From Candidatus Baldrarchaeum yapensis (GTDB lineage Archaea; Asgardarchaeota; Baldrarchaeia; Baldrarchaeales; Baldrarchaeaceae), in the NCBI GenBank assembly GCA_016840465.1, contig JAEOSH010000022.1:1-29034 (forward strand): a stretch of 29,034 nt of DNA, read 5' to 3'. Shown one piece after another: positions 14,655 to 23,636 of the stretch (position 1 is its first letter; each line of letters begins with the position of its first letter). The notes beneath the pieces are model-generated. The model was not told the DNA's origin, ran no database searches, and saw only the letters and a program-made list of their open reading frames with translations. The position numbers and the translations under genes are program-made.

Positions 14655-15535
14655 AACTTCCACTTCGCTTTTCGAAAGGCCTCCTGCAGATCCCTCATGA
14701 AAACTTCAAGCGGAACTTCCCCTCTGGCCTGCACACCCCCAACCTGCGCCTTTCCTCCCGCATTATATCCCCTATTTCTGAGAAACTCGAAAATCACCGC
14801 TAGATTTACCCTTTCACTCCTAGTTCCAATAGTTGCCCTCGAGAACCTCCCGCTTTTGGCACCTATTGCCACAACCACATCGTAAGTTTCCTCAAGCCTC
14901 AACATGGCGTCCTTGGAAGCCCCTCTCTCGACCTTATCATCAGGATCGTATGTGAGAATTGCAACTCCTTCGACCCCCTCAAGTGGGCACCCCCTCTTCA
15001 CCAACTCGGGAACCTTCTCCTCTATCTTTCTGTACTCTTCCGCCCTCTCCACAACCAGTCTGTAAAGGTCTTCCCATCTCCCGTCCCTTATCATCTCAGC
15101 AACCTCGCGTCTGGGGAAGTTCTCAACATTCGCCCTGTAGGCCGCCCACATTTTCTTTGCAAGATCCGAAGAAACTCTCGCAGAATCTATCTCGGAAAGC
15201 GCACCCAGCCACTCTCGTGGGACCTCTAACTCCCAGACCTTAGCCACGATCTCCGCCGCACTTCCCGCGCTCATGTCAACTAGCATCTCACAACCGGATG
15301 GCAACTCCGGGACCTCATGATGGTCTATTATCAGGCAGTCCCTCATGGCCCTCACCTTCGTGGGCCCTATTTCCACGGTCACAACTCTTTCCAATTCGGC
15401 GCTCGGCAACTCGGAAGGTCTTGGAAACTCCACCGGCAAATCAGTAACTCTCATAAGAAGGCCGCTCGCAAACACACCATCCCAGTCTCCATCGGACACT
15501 ATCTTCCTATACCTGCTAAGGTCTGGTTTTCTCAT
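14651..15535 (-). CDS. DHH-family phosphoesterase-like protein
   Basis: SDGDWDGVFAS, IIDHHE, and a DHHA1-like C-terminal NAGGKAQVGG. Confidence 0.75.
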   Translation of the reverse strand: MRKPDLSRYRKIVSDGDWDGVFASGLLMRVTDLPVEFPRPSELPSAELERVVTVEIGPTKVRAMRDCLIIDHHEVPELPSGCEMLVDMSAGSAAEIVAKVWELEVPREWLGALSEIDSARVSSDLAKKMWAAYRANVENFPRREVAEMIRDGRWEDLYRLVVERAEEYRKIEEKVPELVKRGCPLEGVEGVAILTYDPDDKVERGASKDAMLRLEETYDVVVAIGAKSGRFSRATIGTRSERVNLAVIFEFLRNRGYNAGGKAQVGGVQARGEVPLEVFMRDLQEAFRKAKWKF

Positions 15536-15697
15536 ACAAAACCCTCCACTCCCGATACCGGAACCCTTACATCAGCACTCTAACAACTTCAAAATGGACA
15601 GTCGCGATTAAAAAATTACGCACCAACGGCAACACGGGCCACGCATCATCACCCATCTCGAAATCCGAGGGCAACACCGGCAGAGGTAGACCGGCAC

Positions 15698-16777
15698 ATG
15701 TCCCGGCAACAAATCTGTAAACACTTTGGAAAGTGTGGAGGGTGCATGTATCAGCATCTGAAGTACGAGGAGGAGCTGGAACTGAAAAGAAAGATGGTGG
15801 AGGAATTATTTAACCTAGAGGTTGATGAAATAACTCCCTCTCCCAGAAGCGAATTTTATAGGAATAGAATGGACTTCGTCGTGCACAGGGGAAAAATCGG
15901 ACTGAGAAAGAGGGGCAAATGGTGGAAAGTGATAAATCTGGAGGAGTGCCTGATCTTCTCCCCGAAAACCGGAGAGTACCTCAACTTCCTGAGAAAAAAC
16001 ATGAACCTCGAAGAGTACTCCTATGACCTCTTCAGAAAGAGGGGCTTCCTGAGGTACCTCGTAATAAGGGAAGCGAAGTTCGCAAAGAACACGATGGCAA
16101 TCTTGGTAACGACATCGGAGCGCAACCCCGACCTCTCACCCTTCCTCGAAGTCTTCGACTCGGTGGTCTGGGAAATAAACGACTCACTATCCGATGTCTC
16201 GTATGGCGAAGTAAAGGCGGTCCTAGGAGATGAATTCTGGAAGGAAAAAATCCTGGACATGGAATTCATGTTCTTACCGAACGCATTCTGTCAGACCAAC
16301 AGCTATGCCGCGCAGGAACTCTACAAACTCGTGAGGGAACTCGTAGAGGGCGGAAAAACATTGGTAGACGCGTACGCCGGAATTGGCACCTTCGGTATAA
16401 TTCTCTCAGAAAAGTTTGAAAGAGTGGTGGGGATAGAGGAGGCACCCCACTCCATCGAAAGCTTCCACGTCAACGTGGAAAACCTGGGAATAAAAAACTA
16501 CGAAATGAAGGAGGGAAAGGTGGAAAAGATCCTGCAGAACATTACCAACGTTGACGTCCTCCTACTCGATCCCCCGAGGGCGGGAGTCCACCCGGCGGTC
16601 GTCGAGGCGATAAATCGGATAAAACCCAGGGAAATAGTATACGTCTCCTGCAACCCGAAAACGCAGAAAAGGGACATAGACCTGCTGGAAGGATACAAAA
16701 TCGAGTTCATACGCCCGATAGACATGTTCCCGAGAACAACTCATGTGGAAAATGTTGTAAAACTGGTGAGGGAATGA
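15698..16777 (+). CDS. TrmA/RumA(RlmC/D)-family m5U RNA methyltransferase, no TRAM domain
   Basis: CKHFGKCGGC plus EECL (Fe-S cysteines), YRNRMDF, FCQTN, DAYAGIGTFG, LDPPRAG, YVSCNP (catalytic Cys), DMFPRTTHVE. Confidence 0.92.
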   Translation: MSRQQICKHFGKCGGCMYQHLKYEEELELKRKMVEELFNLEVDEITPSPRSEFYRNRMDFVVHRGKIGLRKRGKWWKVINLEECLIFSPKTGEYLNFLRKNMNLEEYSYDLFRKRGFLRYLVIREAKFAKNTMAILVTTSERNPDLSPFLEVFDSVVWEINDSLSDVSYGEVKAVLGDEFWKEKILDMEFMFLPNAFCQTNSYAAQELYKLVRELVEGGKTLVDAYAGIGTFGIILSEKFERVVGIEEAPHSIESFHVNVENLGIKNYEMKEGKVEKILQNITNVDVLLLDPPRAGVHPAVVEAINRIKPREIVYVSCNPKTQKRDIDLLEGYKIEFIRPIDMFPRTTHVENVVKLVRE

Positions 16778-16786
16778 CATGCATGT

Positions 16787-16898
16787 ACGACATCAGAGAT
16801 ACCACGATAGGATTGGGAACCCGTCTCCAGAAGCAACAACATTTCTAATGTCGTGGGTTTTTAAATGAATTTGTCGTCATGTATATAAGTTTGCGACA
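16787..16898 (+). promoter_or_regulatory. TATA box bracketed by repeated TGTCG/CGACA half-sites (putative operator)
   Basis: TATATAAG at 16882-89 is flanked by TGTCG (16872-76) and CGACA (16894-98). Imperfect palindrome ACAACATT-tct-AATGTCGT at 16836-54. Another ACGACAT at 16787-93. Confidence 0.55.
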
Positions 16899-16916
16899 TT
16901 ATCAGGGAAGATACTG

Positions 16917-17813
16917 GTGACTATAGTGGTTAACATCAAAAGAATCTGGGAGGTATATAGTGCAGTTCGCGCCCTAGGAGGTCGTGCCACTAGCAGGAGA
17001 ATAGCAGAGATATTAGGGGTCTCCGAAAGGACCGTCCAAAGATACTTGAAAATTCTACTCGAAAACGAATACGTTGAGGCGATCAGGGTCGGTATGAGAA
17101 TCTATTACCGTGTTGTTAAACCGCTGACGGAAGAAGAAGCTAAAAGGTTGGTAGTGCGTGGTGGAAGGGCGGATGCTCCCGTGTATCAGCTCGCCAGGTC
17201 CATTAACGACATTATTAAAGAGGGGGGCTTTCACGCAGATCTCATAGGGGCTGCCAAAATTCACCTCTTGGTGCCGACACACTCACGCATAACTCACGAT
17301 GTGGACGTTATAGTTGCCAGAGAGCACACTTCAATGCTGGTGGCATCGCTGAAATACGGACTAGGGCTAATACCTGAGAAAAGTGGAGGTGTGCATGCCG
17401 ATCATAGATTCAGACACCCGGTGGAGGACATTAAGATAAATGTCATTATTGACGGATTCAAGGAGGAGGGGGTGGTTGTATGGAACTTGGCGCCGATTCT
17501 CAGAAGGGGCGGTGGCCTCACTCTTGAGCATGCCGTGATTGCCAAACTTACGAGAAGGAGTTTTGATGAACGGACGGACGCTTACGACGTAGCGGTGTCA
17601 TTACCCCACCTAAATATTGATAGATTTATTGGAATTTACATGGGACTGAGGAAAGAGAATCCGACTTTAGCGACAAGGGTACCAAGGCATCTAGAATTAG
17701 TGGGACAATATGTTCTAAGGGAATACACTGGTGTTGATCTGGAAATAATCTCAAGAAGTCTCCAGAAGGTGAAGGAAAGAATAGAATACATGGAGAAAAG
17801 CCGCAGAACATGA
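16917..17813 (+). CDS. Winged-HTH fused to an AbiEii/DUF1814-like nucleotidyltransferase
   Basis: N-terminal TSRRIAEILGVSERTVQRYLKILLENEYV HTH plus wing. C-terminal LIGAAKI, RITHDVD, AVIAKL and RTDAYD motifs. Confidence 0.7.
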   Translation: MTIVVNIKRIWEVYSAVRALGGRATSRRIAEILGVSERTVQRYLKILLENEYVEAIRVGMRIYYRVVKPLTEEEAKRLVVRGGRADAPVYQLARSINDIIKEGGFHADLIGAAKIHLLVPTHSRITHDVDVIVAREHTSMLVASLKYGLGLIPEKSGGVHADHRFRHPVEDIKINVIIDGFKEEGVVVWNLAPILRRGGGLTLEHAVIAKLTRRSFDERTDAYDVAVSLPHLNIDRFIGIYMGLRKENPTLATRVPRHLELVGQYVLREYTGVDLEIISRSLQKVKERIEYMEKSRRT

Positions 17814-17990
17814 CTCGTATTAAAGTAATTAATGTTTTGACATCTTTATGGACTTAATGGAAAGAACAATTCTCCTTTTAGACAGTATATTCAGAAATTC
17901 ATTATTTTGGGCCAGGCGCGGCACCAAAGTATTAATATTGCGAATATTGATAATGCGTTAAGCGCACGTGCTTGCGGGTGAGGTGTCCCT

Positions 17991-18602
17991 ATGGGTACTG
18001 TGCAACACGAAAGTATAGCAAAGGTCGTGTCCTCGATATCATCACCCTACATGGTGGCTCTGGTAGTCGTCATCGTAGTGGCACTAGTCCCGCCATTCCC
18101 TCAATGTCTGCCTCCGTATCTGACAATCCCCGTCGGAATACTCTTCTTATCCGTAATGCCGCTCGTGATAACGCTAGGATACGCCAAGATTAGGGGAATA
18201 AGACTTGAACAGTACGCAAAGGAATACAGAGCGGCTCCGTATGCCCTCGGGATCCTGGCATACTCTGCGGGTGCACTGGTATTCTTCCTGTCGGGAGATG
18301 TCGCCATGACGCTGATCTCGATGGCATACGCCCTCGTGACCGGGGGAATGTTCCTAGTAAATTTCAAGATAAAGGCAAGTGCTCACGTGGCGGGAATAGT
18401 TGGACCGTCTGTTGTGATGTCCTTTCTGTACGGAGTATATGGACTCTTGTTACTAATGTTCCTACCGCCCTGCGTCTGGGCGCGCCTTGCCCTCCGAAGA
18501 CATACCCCCCTCGAAATGCTCGTGGGAGCACTCGTTTCAATAGCCTTTACAAGTCTTTCGTATTACATCTGGTTAGAAATCACACCACGACGATACTTTT
18601 AG
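17991..18602 (+). CDS. PAP2-like multi-pass membrane protein
   Basis: About six hydrophobic helices, with KASAH and WARLALRRHT (C2/C3-like motifs). The C1 KxxxxxxRP motif is not evident. Confidence 0.7.
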   Translation: MGTVQHESIAKVVSSISSPYMVALVVVIVVALVPPFPQCLPPYLTIPVGILFLSVMPLVITLGYAKIRGIRLEQYAKEYRAAPYALGILAYSAGALVFFLSGDVAMTLISMAYALVTGGMFLVNFKIKASAHVAGIVGPSVVMSFLYGVYGLLLLMFLPPCVWARLALRRHTPLEMLVGALVSIAFTSLSYYIWLEITPRRYF

Positions 18603-18704
18603 ATCAAAAACAAAAGAGGATCTCTTGTTGCTATCGTTTGGCACAAAAATTGTGAGAAGGACAAATAATGATAAAAAGTACTCAGAGGAGCGCGAAAACT
18701 CGGA

Positions 18705-20426
18705 CTAGAAACTCCAGTGTTTTCTCCAAAGGTTGGGATCCACCGTTGTGGCAAAGTACTGGTCGAGCAGGTTTATCGCCTCGGGATCTATCCTCACGTC
18801 GATAACCGCAGGCATACCAGACTCTATCGCCCTCTTTATTGCCGGCTTTATCTCCGAAGGATCCGTTACCATCTCCCCATAGCACCCGAGGCTCTCCGCA
18901 AACTTGTCATACCTCACCTTCTCGCCGAGCCTCGTGCCAACAGCCGCCTTCCTCTTGTCCTTCCACGTCAAAACGTTCTGGTGATACACCATGCCCCAAG
19001 CGCTGTCATTCACTATGATCACTATGATCGGAATCTCGTGTCTCGCTGCTGTCTCCAGCTCAACCCCGTTAAATAGAAAGCTACCGTCACCCGTTATCAC
19101 AAAGACCGTCTTGTCCGGATGCGCAAGCTTAGCCCCTATTCCCATCGGAACCCCGGCCCCGAGATATCCGAGGTTCGCCTGAGATCCTATTATTTGTCCG
19201 GGTGCCTTTGCTCTGAGGTAGATGTAAGCCCACACGGTTGTGTCTCCTCCGTCGAGAATTGCGATCGTGTCCTTCGTCAGAAACTCCCTTATCTCCTTCA
19301 TTAGCTTCTGAGGCTTAATGGGCTTGCTGGTATCCTCTGCCTGAGCCTCAAATGCAGAAACAAGAGCCTTCCTGGTGTTAGACGCAACATTTATCCAATT
19401 CCTCTCCTTGACCCCCTCGGGACCCAAGACCTCCCGGGCTGCCTCGAGCATCTGTGAAAGGACGGCTTTCGGATCACCAATTATCCCGATGTCTATGGGC
19501 CTGTTCTTCCCCACAACCGTCGGGTCGATATCAACGTGTATCACTTTCACATCTCTCGCGTACATTCTCTCCTCGGTTCCAAAGCCCAGTAACTCCCCGA
19601 ACACCACCCCTACCGCAAGTATCACGTCTGCCCTTGAGGTCAAGGGGTTCCCAATCACATTTCCAACACATAGGGGATGCTCATCCGGGATGCACCCCAT
19701 GCCCATCTCAGTATACGCCACTGGGATCTTGAGAAATTCCGCCAATTGCACGACTTCATTCCACGCACCCGACCAGTATGCACCACTTCCGATGATCATC
19801 AGGGGACGCTCGGCCTCTATCAGCATCTGCACCGCTTTCTTCACAAGAACCGGATCTCCATATACTGGCGATGTTGCCCTATATCTCTCCGGAGGGAGAA
19901 TTGCCACTCTCTCTTCATCGCACTCCATACAAACAGTATCGAGAGGGAAAGCTAGTAAAACCGGCCCCCATCTCCCGCTCATTGCATGCCTAAACGCCAT
20001 CTGAACGTACTCCGGAATCCTATGTGGAAATGCGCACAACCTCGCCCACTTCACTATGGGAGCTGTTATCCCAACACTATCTATCTCCTGAAACGCCTCT
20101 TTATCCGAAAATACGAAGGGCGTGTGCCCGGTGATCGCAACAACAGGGCTCCCAGCAGACTGCGCCTGAATGAGAGCTGGGAGCAGGTTTGCAAGCCCGG
20201 GACCCGCGGTTACGAGACAAACTCCAGGGGTTCTGGTAACTCGAGCCCATCCGTCCGCGGCATTCCCCGCGCCCTGCTCATGTCTCATCCCTATGATCTC
20301 TATGCCCTCATCCATCAATCCCTCATAAATGGGGCTAATGTGCCCGCCGGGGATCGAAAAAACGTACTTTACACCCTCCGCTTTCAGAGCCTTTGCAACT
20401 AGGCGCCCTCCCGAGATGCGCGCCAT
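18705..20426 (-). CDS. Thiamine-diphosphate enzyme, acetolactate synthase/2-hydroxyacyl-CoA lyase-like
   Basis: RHEQGAGNAADG, GPGLAN, AFQEID, TGDGSFLF...IIVND. ATG at 20426 follows GGGGGTGAT and a TATA-like element, so the ORF-track start at 20507 is too long. Confidence 0.92.
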   Translation of the reverse strand: MARISGGRLVAKALKAEGVKYVFSIPGGHISPIYEGLMDEGIEIIGMRHEQGAGNAADGWARVTRTPGVCLVTAGPGLANLLPALIQAQSAGSPVVAITGHTPFVFSDKEAFQEIDSVGITAPIVKWARLCAFPHRIPEYVQMAFRHAMSGRWGPVLLAFPLDTVCMECDEERVAILPPERYRATSPVYGDPVLVKKAVQMLIEAERPLMIIGSGAYWSGAWNEVVQLAEFLKIPVAYTEMGMGCIPDEHPLCVGNVIGNPLTSRADVILAVGVVFGELLGFGTEERMYARDVKVIHVDIDPTVVGKNRPIDIGIIGDPKAVLSQMLEAAREVLGPEGVKERNWINVASNTRKALVSAFEAQAEDTSKPIKPQKLMKEIREFLTKDTIAILDGGDTTVWAYIYLRAKAPGQIIGSQANLGYLGAGVPMGIGAKLAHPDKTVFVITGDGSFLFNGVELETAARHEIPIIVIIVNDSAWGMVYHQNVLTWKDKRKAAVGTRLGEKVRYDKFAESLGCYGEMVTDPSEIKPAIKRAIESGMPAVIDVRIDPEAINLLDQYFATTVDPNLWRKHWSF

Positions 20427-20671
20427 GCGATCACCCCCATCGGTTATATACATATATTGAATTACGTCATAAAAAGGCAGAGGTTGTACGGAGGGTTGCA
20501 TTTTCACCCTTATCGACTAAAATATTTGGAGGCGAAAACTGTGCATCTGCCTCTACTAATGAGGACAAGAAGGTGTATTTTCTTGTTTGTGTCGCGCTGG
20601 TTTCTTCCCACGCGGCTGTTTAGAAAATTTTTATTAGGCGCGAATGATGTAGTATCACGTACAACATTTGG

Positions 20672-21394
20672 GTGAAAAACATGCACGAGATAACACGCCT
20701 AGGTATCGCCGAAATGGACGGCAAGATACCGCCGATACCCCGAGGATACTCAATCCTTCTCGCGGGGCCCTCCGGATCAGGCAAGACCATTTTCGGGCTC
20801 CACTTTCTATACGGATCTGCAACGAAGTACGGGGAGCGCGGCATATACATATCCCTCAGAGACCTCCCACAGGAAGTGAGAAGAAAGGCGGCGTCCATAG
20901 GATTCAATATCTCAAACCTTGAGGGGGAAGGAAAAATAATACTCGTCGACGGGGTCTCCTCCCGGATAGGCCTCGACTCAAGCGAGAAATTCTTCTTACT
21001 TGAACCAACGTACGGGGAAATCCTCAGAACGATCAGGGACGTCATCGATGAGTACGAAAAGTTAGATAGGGTCGTGATAGACCCCATATCGGTGATATTC
21101 AAGGGAAGGAAGGACCTAGGGAAGGTCCTCGATCTGGTGCTCTCACTATCATCTCTCGGAATCACCTCCCTCTTCATCTCCTTCCAGGACGATAGGCCCA
21201 TCCTCGGGTACGTTTTCAACGGGGTAATAGAACTGGAGAACCTCGAAAACGGAACCCGCAGAATTGTCATAAGGAAAATGGAGGGCCTCCGAATAAGGAC
21301 CCCCGTCGCGTACCCCTACGAGATATACCGCGGCATAGGAATAAAGCTCGTGGAGAGGGGAATCGAAACCGAAAGAGAGGGGGGAATTGTTTGA
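20672..21394 (+). CDS. Single-domain KaiC/RAD55-like RecA-fold ATPase with degenerate catalytic residues
   Basis: Walker A GPSGSGKT, Walker B VVIDP, IILVDG, RRIVIRKM. Confidence 0.85.
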   Translation: MKNMHEITRLGIAEMDGKIPPIPRGYSILLAGPSGSGKTIFGLHFLYGSATKYGERGIYISLRDLPQEVRRKAASIGFNISNLEGEGKIILVDGVSSRIGLDSSEKFFLLEPTYGEILRTIRDVIDEYEKLDRVVIDPISVIFKGRKDLGKVLDLVLSLSSLGITSLFISFQDDRPILGYVFNGVIELENLENGTRRIVIRKMEGLRIRTPVAYPYEIYRGIGIKLVERGIETEREGGIV

Positions 21395-23295
21395 ACTTGA
21401 TGCTTTCCGACGATGCGAAAGAAATCCTGAAGAAAATGTCCTCCGAGAGGGTCATGGATATAAACAATCTCCAGAGCGAAACCTCCAAGGATATCGATAG
21501 CATAAACGAACTCGTTAGGGCCGGGTTGCTGAAGTATATTGAGATAAACGGCGGAATCTGCGTCCTTCCGTTTCTATCGTCCATCATGAATATTAGCATC
21601 GATGTTTTGTCAAATGTAGAGGGAATAAGAAAGAACATCGAAGAAATAAGCCGAAACTTGGACGAAGTTAATCGAATAGTCACGCGAGGCGCTAGGGAGA
21701 TAATAGAGGAGGTAAAGAGGAAAATAATAACCGACGCGATGCGCGCCTTGGAGAAGTACTTGGACGAAGTCCTTGAACCCGTGATCGGAGACTTCTGCGA
21801 AAGAGTCGAGAAGAGCCTCTCCACGAGGATAAAGGACAAAAGCTCCGAGATAGAGTCCCTGAAAAAACCCGTCATGGTGATGTCGAGTACAATCGATGAG
21901 GTCTTCAGAAAAACTCTGGACAGGATTTCAGAGGCACTAGTGGAGCATATAAGAACGATAGAGGAGAGGCTTAAGAAGCTAAAGGCAGACCTCGAGTACG
22001 TGGTATCCGAAAAAGTGGAGGGAGTGATCAGAGAAAGAGAAAGCCCCCTAGTACGCCCGATCGAGGAAATGAACTCGCTAAGCCAGAGCATGACCTCCGG
22101 ACTCACCGATGTGGAGAGCATCCTCGGAAGAACACTCTCCACGACGAAAGACTCCCTCGAAGAAATACACATGATTGTGGAGAAAATGCTGGAAGATGCA
22201 AACAGGGAACTGAGGTCCCTAGATATAGTATTAACGCCGGACGACAGGAGAAGGCTGGAAGAGACGTTATCATCCATTTTCAAAAGAATAAAGGAAGAAC
22301 ACGGAAGATTAATCGACCAGACACGTGAGGACGTTTCGATAATACTATCCGAGATGGATAAGAGAATTAAGAACCTAAAAGGCCTCATGGAGAAGAAGCG
22401 TGAGGAAATAGAGTCACTAGCCAGAGGGAAAATGGAGGAGTTCGAAAAATACATATCGGAAATGGCACGATCCGCCGCAGAACTGGTATTCCTTCAGGTG
22501 GAGTGCTGGACGAAGGAGGTATCGGATTCATTAAAAAACTTCTCGGCGGATCTCCTCGCAGTGGTAAGAAGAGAGGCGTCCAGAGCAAAAAACATGAGCC
22601 TCTCAGCGGTAACCGGATTCATAGAGAACGTCGCAAGAAAGTTCGAGGAATTGTTCCCCATAGTGAAAGGCATCATCGAGGCTCAGAAACTTTACATGGC
22701 CGCTCAACTATCAGCCCTGCTCACCGAAAGGATCTCACAGGAGGCCGCAAAACGTGCAACAATGGAACTAGAATCCATAATGCGGATCGCAGACCACATT
22801 AGGAAGACTACAAGGGCGGCGGAAAAGGCCCTTAACGCCATCCAGACATCGACGTCCACGATCTCTGATATGATAAAAGATTTTCCCGATAATATACACG
22901 CTTACCTGAAATCTGACGACACATGGATCATCGATGAAGAAGAAGGAATTAAAATAATAAAGTCCATCATCGCCAAAATGAATGAGGAAAAGACAACAGT
23001 AGTCATCCTGCCATCGGATAAACACGCACGAGAAGTAATACCCGCCGTCTCCGAGAAGGGAAGAACGCTAATAATCCACGGAGGCGAGCGGATAACCGAT
23101 ATGGAAATCCCAGAAAACGTGGAGATAAAAAGGATGGGAATATCAGGTATTATGGGACTACTAAGCGACCGCATCTCCATGTTTCTACTGTCAACCGGGG
23201 ACAAAATGCTCGGCATTGCAACGAGCAATGAAGTCTTCCGAATACTGATAGACGCAGCAATCAGGTCAATCGTGCTGGCACTTGAAGGAAGATGA
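21391..23295 (+). CDS. 634-aa long coiled-coil protein with possible N-terminal wHTH and C-terminal TrmB-type alpha/beta domain
   Basis: About aa 60-500 is helical and E/K/R/I/L rich. N-terminal INELVRAGLLKYI resembles an HTH wing. C-terminal TWII..EGIKIIKSII...VVILP resembles a TrmB sensor start. 4-nt TTGA overlap with the KaiC-like gene. Confidence 0.6.
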   Translation: MNLMLSDDAKEILKKMSSERVMDINNLQSETSKDIDSINELVRAGLLKYIEINGGICVLPFLSSIMNISIDVLSNVEGIRKNIEEISRNLDEVNRIVTRGAREIIEEVKRKIITDAMRALEKYLDEVLEPVIGDFCERVEKSLSTRIKDKSSEIESLKKPVMVMSSTIDEVFRKTLDRISEALVEHIRTIEERLKKLKADLEYVVSEKVEGVIRERESPLVRPIEEMNSLSQSMTSGLTDVESILGRTLSTTKDSLEEIHMIVEKMLEDANRELRSLDIVLTPDDRRRLEETLSSIFKRIKEEHGRLIDQTREDVSIILSEMDKRIKNLKGLMEKKREEIESLARGKMEEFEKYISEMARSAAELVFLQVECWTKEVSDSLKNFSADLLAVVRREASRAKNMSLSAVTGFIENVARKFEELFPIVKGIIEAQKLYMAAQLSALLTERISQEAAKRATMELESIMRIADHIRKTTRAAEKALNAIQTSTSTISDMIKDFPDNIHAYLKSDDTWIIDEEEGIKIIKSIIAKMNEEKTTVVILPSDKHAREVIPAVSEKGRTLIIHGGERITDMEIPENVEIKRMGISGIMGLLSDRISMFLLSTGDKMLGIATSNEVFRILIDAAIRSIVLALEGR

Positions 23296-23540
23296 CATGT
23301 CTTCGCAATGACAGAGTATTTCATTTCAAATGAGCCGCTTGGGGTGTGAAATATGGCAACGAAATGAGGGAAAACCCAAGAGAGCAAGTTAAGAAATAGA
23401 CAGATGTGCAAGGTTGCCATCTCTCGCAAAAGTTCGTCGACGAATGTGGGAGGCGAGAAGCCCCTCCGCCATAAATGCATCAAAAAATACATCAAAGCAG
23501 TGGAGAGTCAGAACGAGTACTTCTCATAACATCATTACGA

Positions 23541-23552
23541 TATTTATAAATA
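23541..23552. promoter_or_regulatory. Palindromic TATA element upstream of the pilus operon
   Basis: TATTTATAAATA is a perfect 12-bp palindrome in the 340-bp gap. GGGGTGAT ribosome-binding site at ~23620. Confidence 0.5.
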
Positions 23553-23636
23553 ATTTTGAGCAATTATCTCATATGACAACAGCAAACTCCATACGCTCAT
23601 ATTCCTTATGAATTCTGACAGGGGTGATTTCTCTTT

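Noticed and set aside
15536-15697. GTGATGA on the minus strand and short repeats GGCAACAC and ACCGGCA (twice each)
   Set aside because: No matching D boxes, and the repeats are too short and irregular to be an array.
20427-20671. TPP riboswitch upstream of the ThDP enzyme
   Set aside because: No CUGAGA/ACCUGAU core on either strand, and the TATA element lies only ~20 nt from the start codon.
21267-23495. Long minus-strand ORFs (395 aa and 197 aa)
   Set aside because: Antisense shadows of the coiled-coil gene: S/F/I-rich, no motifs, fully overlapping a better-supported gene. The same applies to most short track ORFs opposite real genes.
23296-23636. Possible sRNA in the 340-bp gap (minus-strand ATGATG...CTGA; palindrome TTCGTCGACGAA at 23433-44)
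   Set aside because: The boxes are degenerate and wrongly spaced, with no second D box and no terminal stem.
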